From contig JBHGNT010000007.1 in NCBI GenBank assembly GCA_043228905.1, forward strand, positions 20,894,001 to 20,958,000: a stretch of DNA of 64,000 nt. Direction: 5' to 3'. The DNA is from Azolla caroliniana. Lineage: Eukaryota > Plantae > Polypodiophyta. Below are positions 23,136-37,174 of the stretch, in pieces (within the stretch, counting starts at the first letter, position 1; the number at the start of each line of letters is the position of its first letter). The notes beneath the pieces are model-generated. The model saw only the letters and a program-made list of their open reading frames with translations. It made no database searches and was not told where the DNA came from. A program made the translations under genes and the position numbers.

Positions 23136-26100
23136 ATCATAACACCTGATAAGCTTCATGATGAAGTAAAGGATTTATTACATGAAAATGTCAGCAGCTA
23201 TGCCCAGCTTGCTCTTCTTATTTTAGCAGAACAATATTCAGGTCAGGTATGATATTGTGTCACTTTTCTTCTTCAACAAGTATTGTTATTAGGTTGGGGG
23301 ATAAGGTTAAAACGTGTATGCTGAATGGTGAATATTAGTTTAAAGTGTGACTAGAATTGTCATTGTAAACCGTTAAAATCATCTGTAACAAAAATATGTT
23401 TTTTATACCCTATGATTGATGCTAGTTTTCCTTGTGCAGGCATCAAAATGGGCTCCCTATATAAGTTGCTTACCTCAGATTGGCTCATTAAATAATACTG
23501 TGAGTATTTAAGTGTGTGGCTATTAATGATGATGGTGCCAATGATAATGATAGTAGTGATGATCTTGATGAGTGAGGATGTCGACATTAATGATTGTGAT
23601 GATGCTTGAGGACTGGGACATTGATGATGATGGGAATGATGCAGTCAGGATGGAGATGGGTGATGGAATGGAGGTGATCAGGAGGATAAGGAAAAGATGA
23701 ATGAATGATGAATGGGTGATGAGATGTGATCAAAAGTACATACGAATATAGTTCACGCATCTTATTTTCAAATTAAATAAAGTTGAGGTAGAGATGACCC
23801 ACGGACACGCATATCATATTCACATGACAGTTAAATAGAAGGATTGCTTGAGAAGGCACATTTGGGGGGTTTAGATTTTCAGTTGCATTCTCTTATGGCC
23901 TTTTTGAGGTTCTAAGCAAACCCCTTGGTTTACTTTGCATACCTGAATGCAGGTCTTATGGAGTGATAAGGAGTTGGAAATGCTGCAGTGCAGTTCTAGA
24001 GCATACCAACAAAGTTTTTGCTCCAGGGGAGCTCTTCTAGAAGATTTTGTGGCTGTGACACATGTTAGTTTTAAGTAGAAATTTTATGCTTAAATTTATC
24101 TTAAGAGGTTCAAAATATTTGTCTGCTATTTAATTAATTGTATTGCATCTTTGTACTCTGTTATTCAACTTCGTAAAACCTTAAATTTTGAATCGTGCTG
24201 TCTTCACATTTCAGGCAATATCTGACTGTCTATCTCATATTTATATATCATGTATCTATCACTTGGATTGATGACCTTTCAATGTTAAGATCTCGACTTG
24301 AGATCAAAACAATTGTACTGTAATAAAGAATCAAAGATGAGAATCTCATGCTCAACTTTATCTGCATAGGTCATGTGTTACTGTATTCAAACTTCTACAT
24401 GTTCATTCATTAAGATAATTAACTGTTATGGCAATAAACCCATATATGTAATGTGGATGTTAGTTGTGAGTTATCAGCATGCAATATGTAGGACAAGTTC
24501 TTGATGAGACCATAGTTCATTTGCTATACAAACTTCTACAAACAACCACATGGTCAGTCATCACTCTATTGACATTTATAAATTTCATTCAACACAATGC
24601 ACAGAAAAATTGTATACCAAGAGTCTGCTTGTCTGCTTGTATTAAAAGTGTCCATATGATAAGTATATGTTACGAGTATAACCGGCTAATTTGTAAGGAT
24701 AAAGGCTGAGATTGAGTTATCTCAATTTTATGGTGGGAGATAACCTAGAGTTACATTATATTTAATGTACTTATTATGTTTGATTAACTCCTATCTATCT
24801 ATATATGCATAGATTGACACATGCGTGATATTCGTGATATTCTCCATGCGCAATATTCTCAATATTCGAGAATACAAAATGGCCCCAAGAATATTAAAAA
24901 ACCATTCGTTTTGTAAAATAAATATAAAAAATTATTTATTTATTTAAATAAATGTATTTCACCAAAAAAACCAATTATTAATTAATAGATTATAGTGTTA
25001 AGAGAGTTTATGAAACTTATTTTAATTAATTATACAAATATGATTAGTATGAACTTTGAAGATATGATTAGTTTGAAGTACCATTTTTAATGTCAAGATA
25101 AAAATATACATAAATTTTGAGGAAATAAAAAGTGAGAGATTAATGAGCCTTTATTTTATTTTATTTATTTATTTATTTATTAAAAATAAAACGACTATAT
25201 ATTTATTATAAAAATTTAGTAGTGTCAAGTCCCCAAAGTCCCTATTTATTGTTAAGTTCCTTTTTTTTTATCTTAGGAAATTTTAAAAAAAAAAGTTTTT
25301 TTTTGGAGGGGGAGGGGGTAAAACGAATACTTGACTACCCATTCGTATTCGTATTCGTTTGCATTCGAATGGGAACCCCCACGAATGCGAATATGTCAAT
25401 CTATGTATATATGTATGAGGGTCCAAAGGATCTATTGCAGATATCTAATGTAAATTCCTATTCATATTCAGAATTGTGAAACTAGTTGTTACACTCAACT
25501 GAATTCCCTCCTTTTTTTTTCATGGACTAAATTAGGTTCTTCAACAATGTCCACACATTTTTGGTGACAATGTTTCTTGTGCCAGTTTCCAACATGCATA
25601 TGCATTGGGTATGTATTGAAGGGTGTAAGAGAGATTTTTTCAGGTGGAGAGATTATTGTTTTTTATTTGATCTGACAGAAATGCTCGCAATGCAAAAATT
25701 GTCATTGATGCCTGTCTTTAACACATTGCGACTAGTTATTTTTACTTGTTGAGAAAATAATTCCCAAAGTGAGATATTGCTAATAGAAGTGGTTTTTTTT
25801 TATCACTCTCTGTATACTAATGCTTGAACTTAAGGATACTGATATATCATAACAGGAAACAGTGTTTTCAAAAATAATTTCAGAAGTCATCTTATTTGGT
25901 ATGCATGATAGTGAATTCACGAGCATGGAGGATAGAGGAATCGAATACAGTTGCCCTGGTAATCTTGCTGAATCCTGTTTGGGTATTTGAGATACAATGT
26001 TTTGCCATTTGAAATCTAATATTTTATCATTTTGATGCTTATGTTATAATTTTGTTTTGTTTCTGCAGCTCCCGTTTGTCGATTTCCTTAATCATGATGT

Positions 26101-27023
26101 TTCATGTAAATCATTCTTATCTTTTGATCCAGAAAATAATTATGCAGAGGTATGCATCGATTTTGTTCCAACGTTTCCAATTTCACCAAAACACATATTT
26201 AGCATATTCTTGAGTTTGCCTTTTTGAAAAGATCTAAAATGGTTGGGAGTTCTCTGTAATCATGTGTTTCCTTTCAATACTGCCCCATGCAATCATCAGA
26301 ATATTGTATGCGTGTAGAGAACTGAAGCCATGGACGAGAATATTTCTTTTCTTCATGGTTCTTATTGTATTGCGATCTTTTTGGATGTGCAAGCATATGT
26401 GATAAAATAAAGAGTTTGGCAAAGCCCTTCATGTGCTTTGACAAGAAATCCACATTTTATATACATGTCAATTAATTACACTGCCAACAAACATTATTTG
26501 TGATTATGTTGATGTCATCTAATAGAAAACTGGAAATCATTCAAAAGGAGTGTGCCAGAACCATTGTATGCTAGAAACTGAGAGTATGAAGAAGGCATAC
26601 TATAAATTTGAGTTCCCTTAACTCAAATTTCAATCAAAATTTTTATTTTTTGGTTTTCCCCTTTTTGGACGTCCTTTTGATTGTAAATTGATATCATTCA
26701 ATTTCTTGTCATACAGGTTGTTGCTGACAGAGACTATGCTGCTGGTGAACAAGTAATCTGTTTTTTAGGAGTTGTAATCTACAAATGTGTAGTGAAGTAT
26801 GGAAAAGAATGCACTTGATCTCTTATTTACAGTTTATATTTATGTGTAGGTTCTAGTCAATTATGGAAGATATGGGAATGATATATTGGCAGAAACATTT
26901 GGCTTTACAGTGGAGGATAATCCCTATGATCAGGTATCATTGTTTGAACAAAATCAATTGCCTTGGATGCATTAACTAACAAGGTGTGCTACATTTGATT
27001 ATGTAGTGAGATTAAGGAAAACA

Positions 27024-27069
<46 letters not shown>

Positions 27070-29685
27070 TTTTGGTCATATAGAGTGATTTTTATGTCAA
27101 TGAATGGTGATTTCTAGAAGAATTGAATTTGGAAAACATATATATACATTTTTGGTCATATAGAGTGATTTTTATGTCAATGGAAGGTGATTTCTAGAAG
27201 AATTGAATTTGGAAAACATATATATACATTTTTGGTCATATAGAGTGATTTTTATGTCAATGGAAGGTGATTTCTAGAAGAATTGAATTTGGAAAACATA
27301 TATATACATTTTTGGTCATATAGAGTGATTTTTATGTCAATGGAAGGTGATTTCTAGAAGAATTGAATTTGGAAAACATAGATCACATCTGTCTATGATT
27401 TAATTTTCGTTCCTATACCTTGTTCTTGTGTGACATGATTGCATGGTTTGGAAATTGTGGAGATGATTTCCACTAGTTTTTCTCACAACTTGCGTGGTTT
27501 CTTTTGTTTACTTCTGCCAATGATCTCAATTTGGTTAATATTTTGGATTAAATAACCTTCTTAATAACACGTCTGATTGTTTCACTTGTTGATATAGAGC
27601 TTTGTACAGCGAATGGTTGATACTTTGTAATTGTTTAATTTTGACATGGTTCTTCAAAATAAAGGTGGAAACGAAATGAGATGCTGTCGGTAATGTTTGA
27701 TATTGTCCAATGCATCAGAAAGAGCTGAATTCACATAGGCATGCATGTTATATGATTTGGAGAAAATCATTCACTACGAGCATTTCTTCATGTTTAATAA
27801 TTAAAAGGGATGAGACTATTCTTCTCAACACTTACCCAACCCAGAATGCCAAGGGCCAAAATTATCCATTTTATTTGTATACATGCACGAAACATTACTC
27901 AATGATGCTTTTGTGTATATTACGATTTGGACTTTAATTTTGAAATAGGTGGATGTTTGGATGGGTTTATCTGAGAAAGATATTCTTCGTAAGCAAAAAC
28001 TTGAACTTCTCCATGCACATGGAATGGTTTCACTGAGCGATGTTCGGAATTTGGATAGTGGTGGAAATACATTTGTGATCAAGTTGGGATATGTTAAAAT
28101 AAAGATTTGAGGGTTTATTTAAAATATAGTTTTTATTTAAATCTTGGGGTTTAACTTATTCTGTATTTTCATGTGAATTAGGGAAGTTAAGTGTGCGAAG
28201 GGTCGTGGTAGAGGGATTCCACAATCAATCCGGGCATTCTCTCGTGTGCTTTGTGCAAGTTCTAAGGAAGGTTTGTTCTTCTGGTGTCTCTCTATCTATA
28301 TATACATGTGTCAGAGAGAGATAAAGCAAAATCATAGAGAAGATTGTTATGGATCCAGTATGTGGCATTTTGTCTCCTAGCCCCTGCAAAAGGCCACCAT
28401 TTAGTGTGTAAGGAAGCACAATTGACATATTCCGAAGATGGGCTGAGGTATGTTGTTTGTGAACATGAATGATGATGCTATTTGGTTATATCAGATCCTT
28501 TCAGAGTACTGAGTGAAATCACATACAAATTGGAATGCCTAGTCGCATCATAAAACATTAAGGGTTTTAACTGCAGAATTTAGGATATCTGCATCACTAT
28601 CAATAATGTACTTTGTTATCTTCTCTTTTAGAACTTGTTGAAATGGCAAATGAAGCATTTGAGTTGGATGGTCGGCTAGCTCGGCAACCATTAAAAGACA
28701 CATGCAAAGAAATTGGAGCGATGCTAGTGCTTCTTGCTCATATTAAGTCACTCGTTCAGGATCACATGGAAGCATTGCTGGTAAGAAAATTGAAAAACAT
28801 TATTGGTTGGTGAAATCCTTAGTTGGTTCATGATCTCTATATCCAAAGCATATATAGAGTTTGCTCTAGTGTGCATCATGTGCCTTTTATGTATGAGTGG
28901 ATGAAAACTAGACTCTTCTTCTCTTTACTTGTATCCATTGGCGTGAGACCATGGACGTGATATAAAACAATCATACAAAGAAAGCTTATTTCTTCTTTGA
29001 GGTGACTCACTCAAGTGATCATAGACTATGGATGTGATGCCACAAGCTCACATAAAATGCTCATTTCTTCATTGAGACAAGACACTATAGTGATACAAGG
29101 GATGCAAAGTTGAGATCACATCGAGACACAATGAGTCCTTTCCATTATGTTTCGTTTGCCATTTTGTTTAATGACCGTGGTGATTTAGAGCTCTATTCTC
29201 ATTGTATTGTGTGTTTTGTGGTCAACCTACTTTCGACCCATTTGATCAAATATTTGAATTTCTGCAAAATCATTTTACATGTGTCTGCTTTGCTTGAGAA
29301 GATTGTTAGGAGCATGGATATGCCCTCTTCTTTAATTTTTTTCAGTGATAAGACAGATATTGTGCCATGCAAGTCATTTCATTGTAATTAATTTTTTGCA
29401 GTTTGTTTCATATTTAGGTTCCCAATCACTAACATAGTGTATTAAGAAAATGGGAAAATTAATAATGATGACTATGCATTGTTTGTATTGAGAGGAGTGT
29501 GAAAGTTTATTTTGAATACACAGGCCCTTGAGATGGAAGATTCTTATCAGATAAACCCAAGGTTGGTGATTCGGAAGGAAATGGCTAAAGATATATTAGG
29601 TGGGGAATTGAGAGTCTTACGTTCTGCTTCGGATTGGTTAAAGCAGCATTGTGATGGTTTAATTCACTTGCAAAACATGTCTTGA
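23136..29685 (+). CDS. SET-domain protein-lysine methyltransferase (Rubisco LSMT-like; resembles Arabidopsis At3g55080), last 12 coding exons
   Basis: GT-AG exons in consistent phase: 23136-23246, 23440-23499, 23953-24063, 25536-25608, 25912-25958, 26069-26149, 26717-26752, 26850-26933, 27949-28082, 28182-28270, 28632-28780, 29524-29685 (TGA). Motifs SKWAPYISCLP, AYALVNSRAW, LPFVDFLNHD, GEQVLVNYG, FGFTVEDNPYD, GIPQSIRAFSR, DGRLARQP, GELRVLRSA. Orthology is recalled, not searched. Confidence 0.9.
24808..25405. mobile_element. hAT-type MITE in an intron of the SET gene
   Basis: Terminal inverted repeats CATAGATTGACA...TGTCAATCTATG; 8-bp TSD TATATATG at 24800-24807 and 25406-25413; AT-rich non-coding interior with subterminal ATTCG repeats. 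Confidence 0.85.
27061..27380. repeat. 80-bp tandem repeat x4, preceded by a (TA)n microsatellite (27027-27066)
   Basis: Unit TATATACATTTTTGGTCATATAGAG...GGAAAACATA starts at 27061, 27141, 27221 and 27301; copies nearly identical. Confidence 0.95.
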
Positions 29686-30299
29686 TAAACCTTTCTATGT
29701 TTGTAAAGCTGTCATATGAAATCTTGGGCAATTCGAAGTAATTTGCAATGGCCATTGTTGGATTTAATACTATACTATCTGATGAAAAGCATTTTTTAGA
29801 TTTTGAGCTTGTGAGTTCCACAGCTTCATGAAATACTGTAGTGGTTCGTTCTCAAGGTGATTTACTCTTAAACGCTATATCATATTTTCTTATTTCCCAT
29901 GAAAATACAAGGCATAACGTCTAAATCTTTATACGCAAAACCTTTAAATCACTTAAAAATGTTATTAGAGGAGTGTAGCCATGAGAGCCTCCATTCATTG
30001 CCAATTGTGAATAGGAAGTTTCACCAAGATGAGAAATAAAATTAGCAGTAATTCCTTTTTTATTTATTAGTACTGGTTCAGATTATCAATGCACTAGGAC
30101 TCTAGAATCTCTATTTTCTCCTAAGAAGGCTATGCTGAGGATGCCCATGTCTAAGTTCCTCCAAAAACAAATATTGAAACTTATTGAATCACATGAATCA
30201 TATCAAAAGTTTCCAAACTTCAGTCCTATTGTATCCAAAACCTAGTACCTGGATACAAGTTTGTGACCCTACATATGCATGCTTCACTCTTAGACTCGA

Positions 30300-31760
30300 G
30301 TACATTTAAGCGTATTACATGCCTTGAATATAGAATAGAAACCCTAAATCTATAATCATGTTGATTTGGGGTTATTCTATGGTGCTAAGGATATCATTCA
30401 TGACAATTATGCACATATGTTTTTCTTCGTGCATTTGGTGAAGAGTGATGCCAATTAGCACACTAAGTAGAAAAACAACAAATTGTAGTTGTAAAAATCC
30501 TTACCAAAGTATAATTAAGTTCAAATCCCGTCAACTACACCATGCACACACAACACAAAGAGTAAAGTGCACTAGTAAGCTCCTCCCAAGAGTCCCATGG
30601 ACACGAAGCACCCATCCATATTGTTGATGAAGATGATGGTGAAGAAAATGATGAAGAAGACGACCATAATTGTTGGGACTCATCCAACAAACTCCTCAAA
30701 GGTACCCTAGACCTCCTACTAGCATGCATTGCTAGTTGACCTTCAACTCCAAGGTTTTGAGATATTGTTGATGCTTCTTCTTCATTAGGGTTTAGAGTTT
30801 TTGCTGTCAATTCTTCTTCATTAGTGCTTAGATGTACCCTAGTCGTACTCCCAGAATGGAATGTTAATTTATCTTTGTGAGTGGGGTAATTTAGAGATTT
30901 TCTTGATCCTTGAACATCTTCTTTAGGGTTTTGAGTTTGATGATGCTTCTTCATTACGTTCTAGGGGTACCCATATCCTTCTGGCATAGAAACCAAGACT
31001 TGTTAATTGACCTTTGTTTTCAGAATTTTTTCGAGAAGTCAATCACCCTCCCTTTTCATTTGCACTTCGAGATGTCATTGATGCATCTCCTTCAATAGGT
31101 TGTAGAGCCAAAGTTGTTGATCCTTCCACGTCATTCGCCATTATAGCTATCATTGCATTACACTTTAGATCCCTCATTGATTCTTCTTTTGCATTAGGGT
31201 TTAGAGATCTCATCAATCCTTCTTCTCCATCAACATTGCATGCATGCATTGTCGAATCATTAACGCCAATGTAATGGATCAAAGAGTTGTCACAAGATGG
31301 ACTAGAATAAGGCAATGTGTCCAATGATTGAGACACATTGATAGCATAATTTATAAAGAGGACATGGGACTACTAGGCCTTCATCTTCATCTTCTTCCGG
31401 TAAACATTCATTTCTTCCCTTGGTGCTACCACTACATGCCATCATCCCCATCAACTTTAGAAATACATTGCTACCTCTACTCTTAGAGGTTGTAGCCTTT
31501 GTATTTGTAGATAACAATAACAATAACAACTTAGCCATTAGATTAGGGGGGCCATCCAGATGTCAAGATGATGATGATGACCTATGACAAGTAGACTTCC
31601 TTTATTCAATATCTCCACAACGTTAGCCACTCCTTCCATGGCATTGTTTGATTCATCATCCTTCCTAAGAATCTCACCATGATTAGGATTAGCATGATCC
31701 AGAACATTCTCTCTAGGTTCATTCTTTACGTTGATGGCAATCAAAAGTTCCCAATTGAAG
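30300..31760 (-). other. Degenerate coding-like region of unknown origin (transposon relic or pseudogene)
   Basis: Consecutive minus-strand ORFs (30535-30954, 31043-31336, 31302-31538, 31538-31744) with recurring LNPN-E-E segments. 31604-31730 is duplicated at ~33395-33530. Confidence 0.3.
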
Positions 31761-31903
31761 TCTACATTGAGTTGACTTGAACTAGTTTGGCGATAAGTGA
31801 CTTCCTTTGAAAGGTGGCAAAATGATTCCCTTGTATTTCAAAGGAACCTTCCGTGTCATTCCGCGATGGTCGAGTGAGACTAACTAATGTTTGCTTGGCA
31901 CTA

Positions 31904-31906
<3 letters not shown>

Positions 31907-31960
<54 letters not shown>
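31907..31960. repeat. (CT)n microsatellite in the putative 5' UTR of the orphan gene
   Basis: Direct reading. Confidence 0.95.
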
Positions 31961-31963
<3 letters not shown>

Positions 31964-32001
31964 TCGATCTCGATCTTGATCATTCTGTCTGTATACCTAC
32001 A

Positions 32002-32739
32002 ATGGGTAAGCTTTCCATGATGAAAGTAGCACACAATCCTTGTGCTTTAGGGTTTAGGGTTTAGTTAGGGTTTACTAATATATCATCCTCTGTCTTTTTG
32101 TGCAGCTAAACAGATTGTGAAGATCCATGTTAACCCAGAAGCACCTGATCATGATAATTATATCCTCAACATTAAACCAATTAACAAGCCCATCATATAT
32201 GCAGCGAATCGACAAGCTCTGGGCAGCATCAATGGTAATACTTGGTCACTCGAGAGAACGCGCGCGAGCACGCGTGCGCGCGCACGCACACACACACACA
32301 CAGAGTTGAAATATATATAGAGAATAATAAGATTAAGACACATGAAGAGGAATTTGTGGCAACTTTGCACCTTTTTACATTCTGTTTAACTTAATGGAAT
32401 CAAAACATTATGAGAAAGTTGTTGCGAAGGCACAGCTAGAACAAGAAAGATTTAAAGCTAGCAAATTGTAGAAAGGAGTTCTGGCAAGAATTGTATTCTA
32501 TTTGCTTTCTTTATTGTGTACTAGGTGAGGAGACTGTGAACGTGCATGTCAGAGTTTCCGATGGCGATGATATTACCTTCTCCGACACTACTCAAAATGA
32601 CAACCCCACCATATCTCCAAGTCAACGAACAGAGACAACCGATGTCGGCATTGTGTACAATACCACTACCACTATCGAAAACTTGCCAATGGAAGAAACA
32701 GGTATTAATACAATTGTTAACATTAATGTGGCGCGATAA
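32002..32739 (+). CDS. Putative small spliced orphan gene, copy 1 (~115 aa, MAKQIVKIHVNPEAPDHDNY...)
   Basis: Exon 1 ATGG 32002-32005 followed by GTAAG; exon 2 32106-32234 (TGCAG...GTAAT); exon 3 32525-32739. Both introns are phase 1 and the joined frame is open. Homologous exons recur at 36590, 42357 and 63873. Confidence 0.55.
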
Positions 32740-33557
32740 TTTGTGGCCGCATTGTGTCGTATAGGAAGATCAAGGAGGAGGACAATGGAGGGTCATCATG
32801 AATACTTAGAGATGGTATGGTATTCATGATTGAATGAGGGGTGGTGAGTAGAGTATAGGGGGTCATCGCGTTGCAAATTAAAACAGGACCACTCGATTGA
32901 AAGCAAGGAAAATAGTATAGATTGATGAAGGAGTAAAACACTAATCAAAAAGCTCTAAATAATATTCATGACCTAGGAATTGGAATGGGATATAGATGTT
33001 TAAGAATATGATGGGGCGAACGGTAATTATATGCGAACGGAAGAAGATATGGAGATAAAGAAGAATGAGGTAAATATGACTTTCCCATACTTCATCATTC
33101 TTCTTAATTACTCCAATTAAATTAATTTCTATTTGAAAATATCCACAAAAACCATCACATATTGAATACCTTTCATGTCTGGCCACTTCATCTAATGTCT
33201 CATCTTGGAAGCCCCCATTGGGTAATGATCGTCAGAACCGATCAGAAGTGCTACAGAACCGATCAGCAGAAGCTAAGATGAAACTAAGAAATGTTCCTCG
33301 TTTTCAGCTAAACATATGTGTGGTTACTCACAGTATGAATCTCATGGTTGTGATTAGTGGCTCGAATTCCTTGCCATCCTACCATGGCAATTCAATAATC
33401 TCCACAACCTTAGCCACTCCTACCATGGCATTGTTCCATCCATCATCCTTCCTAAGAATCTCACCATGATTAGGATTAGCATGATACAGAATATTCTCTC
33501 TGGATTCACTCTTTAGATTCATTCTCTACATTCACTTGACTTGATAGGTGACAAGTC

Positions 33558-34505
33558 TGATGGGAATATGGAGCGGAATCGAGATGATTAAAATTTCAAA
33601 CACAATTAACACTTGATAAACAATAGATGAAACCACAAGACGAAAATGAGAGAGTACACCGAGATTTAACGTGGAAAACTCAAAATTGGGAAAAACCACG
33701 GGAACCTTAGGTTCCGAAACAAATTCACTATTTTCTGAGTATACAAGGTGTTGACAGCCTCTAGAGCTTACCTTAGAGATATGCACATATATTTCAAGGC
33801 TACCTACCGCCTTGGATACAATATTCACCCTACCAGATAGGATAAACAACAGAAAAAAAAACCAAAAACACAGAACAAATAAACCTGTTGCAAGTGGACA
33901 GAAGAGTTGCTGAGACTCTTTTGGGTAGTCCAAACAACACCTCGCTAGATCTCCGTCTTTACACTTGCAATGAGTTCTCGCTCTCGATCACCCTGTTCTT
34001 GAGCTCTCACACTTGTTTCTGTTTTCTTGCAGAAGCTTTGTTGTGTTTTTCTCACACACCTCTTCTTCTCGAATCTCTGTTTTTCCAGCCTTAGTTTTGT
34101 TCACTCATGTGCAGTTTTTCTCTGTAACGCGCTCTGTTTTCTTTGTCTTTCTCTTAGTTTTTCCTCTCTGTGTGTTTTTTTGTCTATGCCTTCTTTTTAT
34201 CAGCCTTTTTTGGAGTAACATCTCCTCTTTTCGTATCTGCATTCACACATAGACATACAAAACACACACACACACACAAGAAGAAAAAAGGACACATAAA
34301 AAACGTACATATATATATATATATTAATAAACATATAACTTTTTCCTTTCTTTAGCTCTAAGTCGATTCGGTGTCCAGTCGAATCAACGCTCAACCGATT
34401 CAACACTCAGCCCGAATCAGTACCTAGCCGATTCGACACTGAGTTGGTAGCTGGCTCTCAACCAACTCCGTGTCATGGGCTCCACTTGAGTGGATAGACC
34501 CTACA
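33558..34505 (-). mobile_element. Solo LTR, copia-like
   Basis: TG...CA ends; TSD AAGTC/ATGTC. Carries the GATTTAACGTGGAAAAC...GGGAAAAACCACG motif also seen in the 12728 LTR. Absent from the paralogous segment near 37620. Confidence 0.7.
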
Positions 34506-36461
34506 ATGTCATCGAATTTACACCGGCTAAACTCATAAGGGTTAGATCGACTTGAAGTAGTTCGCCTAAACTCATTGGGTCTAGACTAAATTCACTTCAT
34601 TTGACCAAATTGATTGAATTTAGGTTGACCTAATTCATTAGTGTGATCCAATTCATCACGTCTCCATTCATTAATTGAGTTGCCTTTCTCTTCTTCTATC
34701 TCCAACTTCTCCTTGAGATTCTGGCTCCTTCTCATTCATGGATTTGGATTAGTTATTGGACCCTGAGCTATCTCAAGTCCTAATCCACAATTAGTTGCAT
34801 TTTAACCCTTCGAATCCTTGGTTAATAAGATTTGGATTAGTATTATTACGGTTTCTACTAATAAAAATTTGTTGGTTAGTATAATGAGTGAAATCGAGAT
34901 TGGGTAAGCATAGTGAATGAATGCAATCAAGGTCTCATCATTACAATCAATGGGGTAAGGGTTTCAGTTAATATGAAATTGGGATTGGATTAGCAATCAA
35001 TACAATCAGGGTTTTGGTTAGTATGGTACATTAGGGATTTGATCCTTACAATTAACCTAATTTTTAGAGTTTCTATTAGTATGCTTATTGGAACTAGGGT
35101 TCGTTATTGTAAATGTAAACTTGATGAGTCTAGGATTTATGATGAGAACTTCATTTTTATGGAATTAAGGTTTTTGATTATAAGTATGCTTCGTGGATCT
35201 AAGCTTTTTGCTATTAGCAGAGTTAAATGGAACTAGGATCTGATTTTAGAATAATAATGGATGGATTAAGAGTAAACACAGAGTGATTATGCGATGTTTA
35301 GGGGTTTTATTTTATCAAGGGTTTGTCAGATCATTACTGCAGACAGAGTGAGAATTATCTCCTCTTGAGATTAAGGGTTAATCAGATCCTTAACTAGATC
35401 GAAAAATTGTCTGCACTTAGTAATATGAAAATCCTTCGCCATTGTGATCAGCAGCTGTAATCAAGAATGCTTCGAGTGATTAGGGATCGGAATTGTCATT
35501 AACAGAAGGGGCTAGGTACTGAGCTGTGATTGGTACTGATTATCGATCCTAGACATAATTGACAGAGATATGATAGTAGATATGATTAAGAGAAGATTTG
35601 ACGTGATAAAGAGGGATTTGACGTAATGAAGAGCAGACTGGATGTAATTACGAGTAGATAGATTAGAAGCAATTAGGAGAAAACCCCAACAGGATTAAGA
35701 GCAATTAGAAGCAATTAGGAGCAAACCCCAATACGATTAAGAGCAATTAGAAGCAAACCCGAATATGATTCAAAGCAATTAGGCTGAATCGATGTAAATG
35801 AAGATCGAATCCACAGAAACGGATTTCTTTCACGTGGTGGGAATTCCTTTTTTTTATGTAGAATGATATGAGCGAATAAATGCGTCTTTATTTTGATCGG
35901 AACAGCAGAGAGAGATCTGAAGAAGAAGAAGAAAAAAAGGACAGAATAAAAAATAAATGAAAAAGCAGCGCGAAAAAAAATAAAAATAAAAGAATTAAAG
36001 CAAATTGAAAGGTAGACATTAAAAGAAACATTTGTTTTGTTTTCTAATTAAATAGGTAACCTTACCGTTTTTGGAATTCAAGGCCGCTTGCCGTTTTTGG
36101 AAATATTGCTGTTTTTTGAAAACATTTACCCTTTCTGGAAATATTGCTGTATTTGGAAAAACATTACCCTTTCTGGAAATATCGGCTTTTTTGTACATGC
36201 ATGTGTGGTAAAAAAAGAGAAACAAAAGGTCAATAAAGAGTTTGTCAGGGTTTTGGGGATAAAAGAGAGACGAATTAATTTACTACTATATCATCCTCTG
36301 GCTTTTCTGTGCACTTAAACAGATCGTTAAACTAAATATCTAATCTAATCTAAATATATAGATCAAATTTGTTAATATGAATGAGTGTGTGTGCGTGCAT
36401 TAATTATGTATATGATTGATCTCTCTCGATCTTTCTGTCTATAATACAATACCTACCTACA

Positions 36462-37140
36462 ATGATTAAGCATTACATGAAGAAAATGACCTTGCATGCT
36501 TCCTGCTTTAGGGTTTAGTTAGGGTTTGGGATAATAATAAAAAGAGCGAATTGCTAATAATATATTATCCTCTTGTCTTTCTTGCGCAGTTAAACAGACA
36601 GTGAAGATCCATGTTAAACCAGAAGAACCTGACCATGATCATTATACCCTCAACATTACACCAATTAACAGCCCCATCATGTCTGCGGAAAATCAACAAG
36701 GTTTAGAACTTATCAATGGTAATACTCGGCCACTCTCTCTTATTTATTTATTTATTATCGTAATTACCTTACCCTATTAGTAAGTTAGCACTGCAAGACA
36801 AGCACTGCGTTGTGGGTTCGAAACCCAATTTCCTCACCTCTTTATTATATACTTCATATATATCTCTTAATTCACTAGATGCCACTGTGGAATGTAGGGG
36901 TTGAACCCATGACCACCTGGTCTCTATTGGGCTACATCCATTTGGGCTCTCTCTCTCTCTCTCTCTCTCTTCCTTGCATGAAATCCTCTCACAACTACAA
37001 TGTGCACTCTCGATTGCAACATTCATTGGTAAAGTTCTTGAACATCGAGAGTCACTACTCACTTTCACACGCATCACGTGAAATGTAATATTTTTGGTCT
37101 CATAGATCATATTTGACCTCCTCCCAATACGATAATATAA

Positions 37141-37174
<34 letters not shown>

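Noticed and set aside
24215-24270. Possible additional SET exon after TTTCAG
   Set aside because: It runs into a stop, and the expected peptide is supplied in phase by 25536-25608.
32045-32075. TTTAGGG repeats as an interstitial telomere
   Set aside because: Only two or three imperfect units; consistent with telo-box-like motifs common near plant 5' introns.
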